Assembly: GCA_012519845.1 (NCBI GenBank)
Contig: JAAYPK010000109.1
Location: forward strand, 1,765-65,764
Length of the DNA stretch: 64,000 bases
From: Clostridiales bacterium
GTDB taxonomy: Bacteria; Bacillota; Clostridia; Clostridiales; Clostridiaceae
Direction: 5' to 3'
In this document: piece by piece, positions 63,769 to 64,000 of the stretch
How the letters are laid out: each line of letters opens with the position of its first letter
How positions within the stretch are numbered: position 1 is the stretch's first letter
Notes under the pieces: model-generated
Told to the model about the DNA's origin: nothing
Database searches by the model: none
The model's input: only the letters and a program-made list of their open reading frames with translations
Translations under genes and position numbers: made by a program

Positions 63769-64000
63769 ATGAATCTCAAGGTTGAACGTCAAGGAAGGCA
63801 AGAAAACCTAAATGTACAATATACAACGAACAAGGAAGTTTATGGGGTTGATCAAGAGAAAAATGATATAAGCAATGTAAGTAATAATAAATATACTAAA
63901 AGCGAAATTGATAAAGCATTAACTAAATTAAATCATTTTTTGGCAGATGATAAAACTCATGCAGAATATTCAATTCATGAAGAGTTTAATAGACTAATGA
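63769..64000 (+). CDS. flaG: FlaG-like flagellar protein, 3'-truncated by the window edge (not in the ORF track)
   Basis: GAGGTG RBS then ATG 63769, open to the end: ...IDKALTKLNHFLADDKTHAEYSIHEEFNRLM. Typical position after csrA. Confidence 0.8.
   Translation, partial: MNLKVERQGRQENLNVQYTTNKEVYGVDQEKNDISNVSNNKYTKSEIDKALTKLNHFLADDKTHAEYSIHEEFNRLM

Overview
AT-rich (low-GC Firmicute, very likely Clostridium sensu stricto) chromosomal segment, with almost all genes on the + strand. From left to right: the end of a sugar ABC permease pair; a stand-alone FAAL-carrier-thioester reductase (A-T-R) enzyme, an all-membrane-sensor MCP and an ABC-2 exporter operon; a PyrR-attenuated pyrBICFKDE operon; a ZTP-riboswitch-controlled pflBA; M48 peptidase, DEDDh exonuclease, ldh, zur/znuCB, pepF, TetR plus a frameshifted MFS, rhomboid, gdhA, a GT2, a topoisomerase IV-like parE/parC pair, DJ-1, recJ, murG, PFOR, small housekeeping genes; then a chemotaxis and flagellar cluster (fapA-cheWDBRACYW-fliMY, flgMNKL-fliW-csrA-flaG partial). 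I found no rRNA, tRNA, CRISPR array, transposase or prophage. The best candidate for an undescribed system is the FAAL-ACP-reductase / MCP / ABC-exporter module (1687-9243). Other notable items are serially chained RNA switches, a dispersed ~60-bp palindromic element, an A8 frameshift in the MFS and a ParC C-terminal domain with about nine blade-like repeats. All family assignments come from motif recognition by eye, not database searches.
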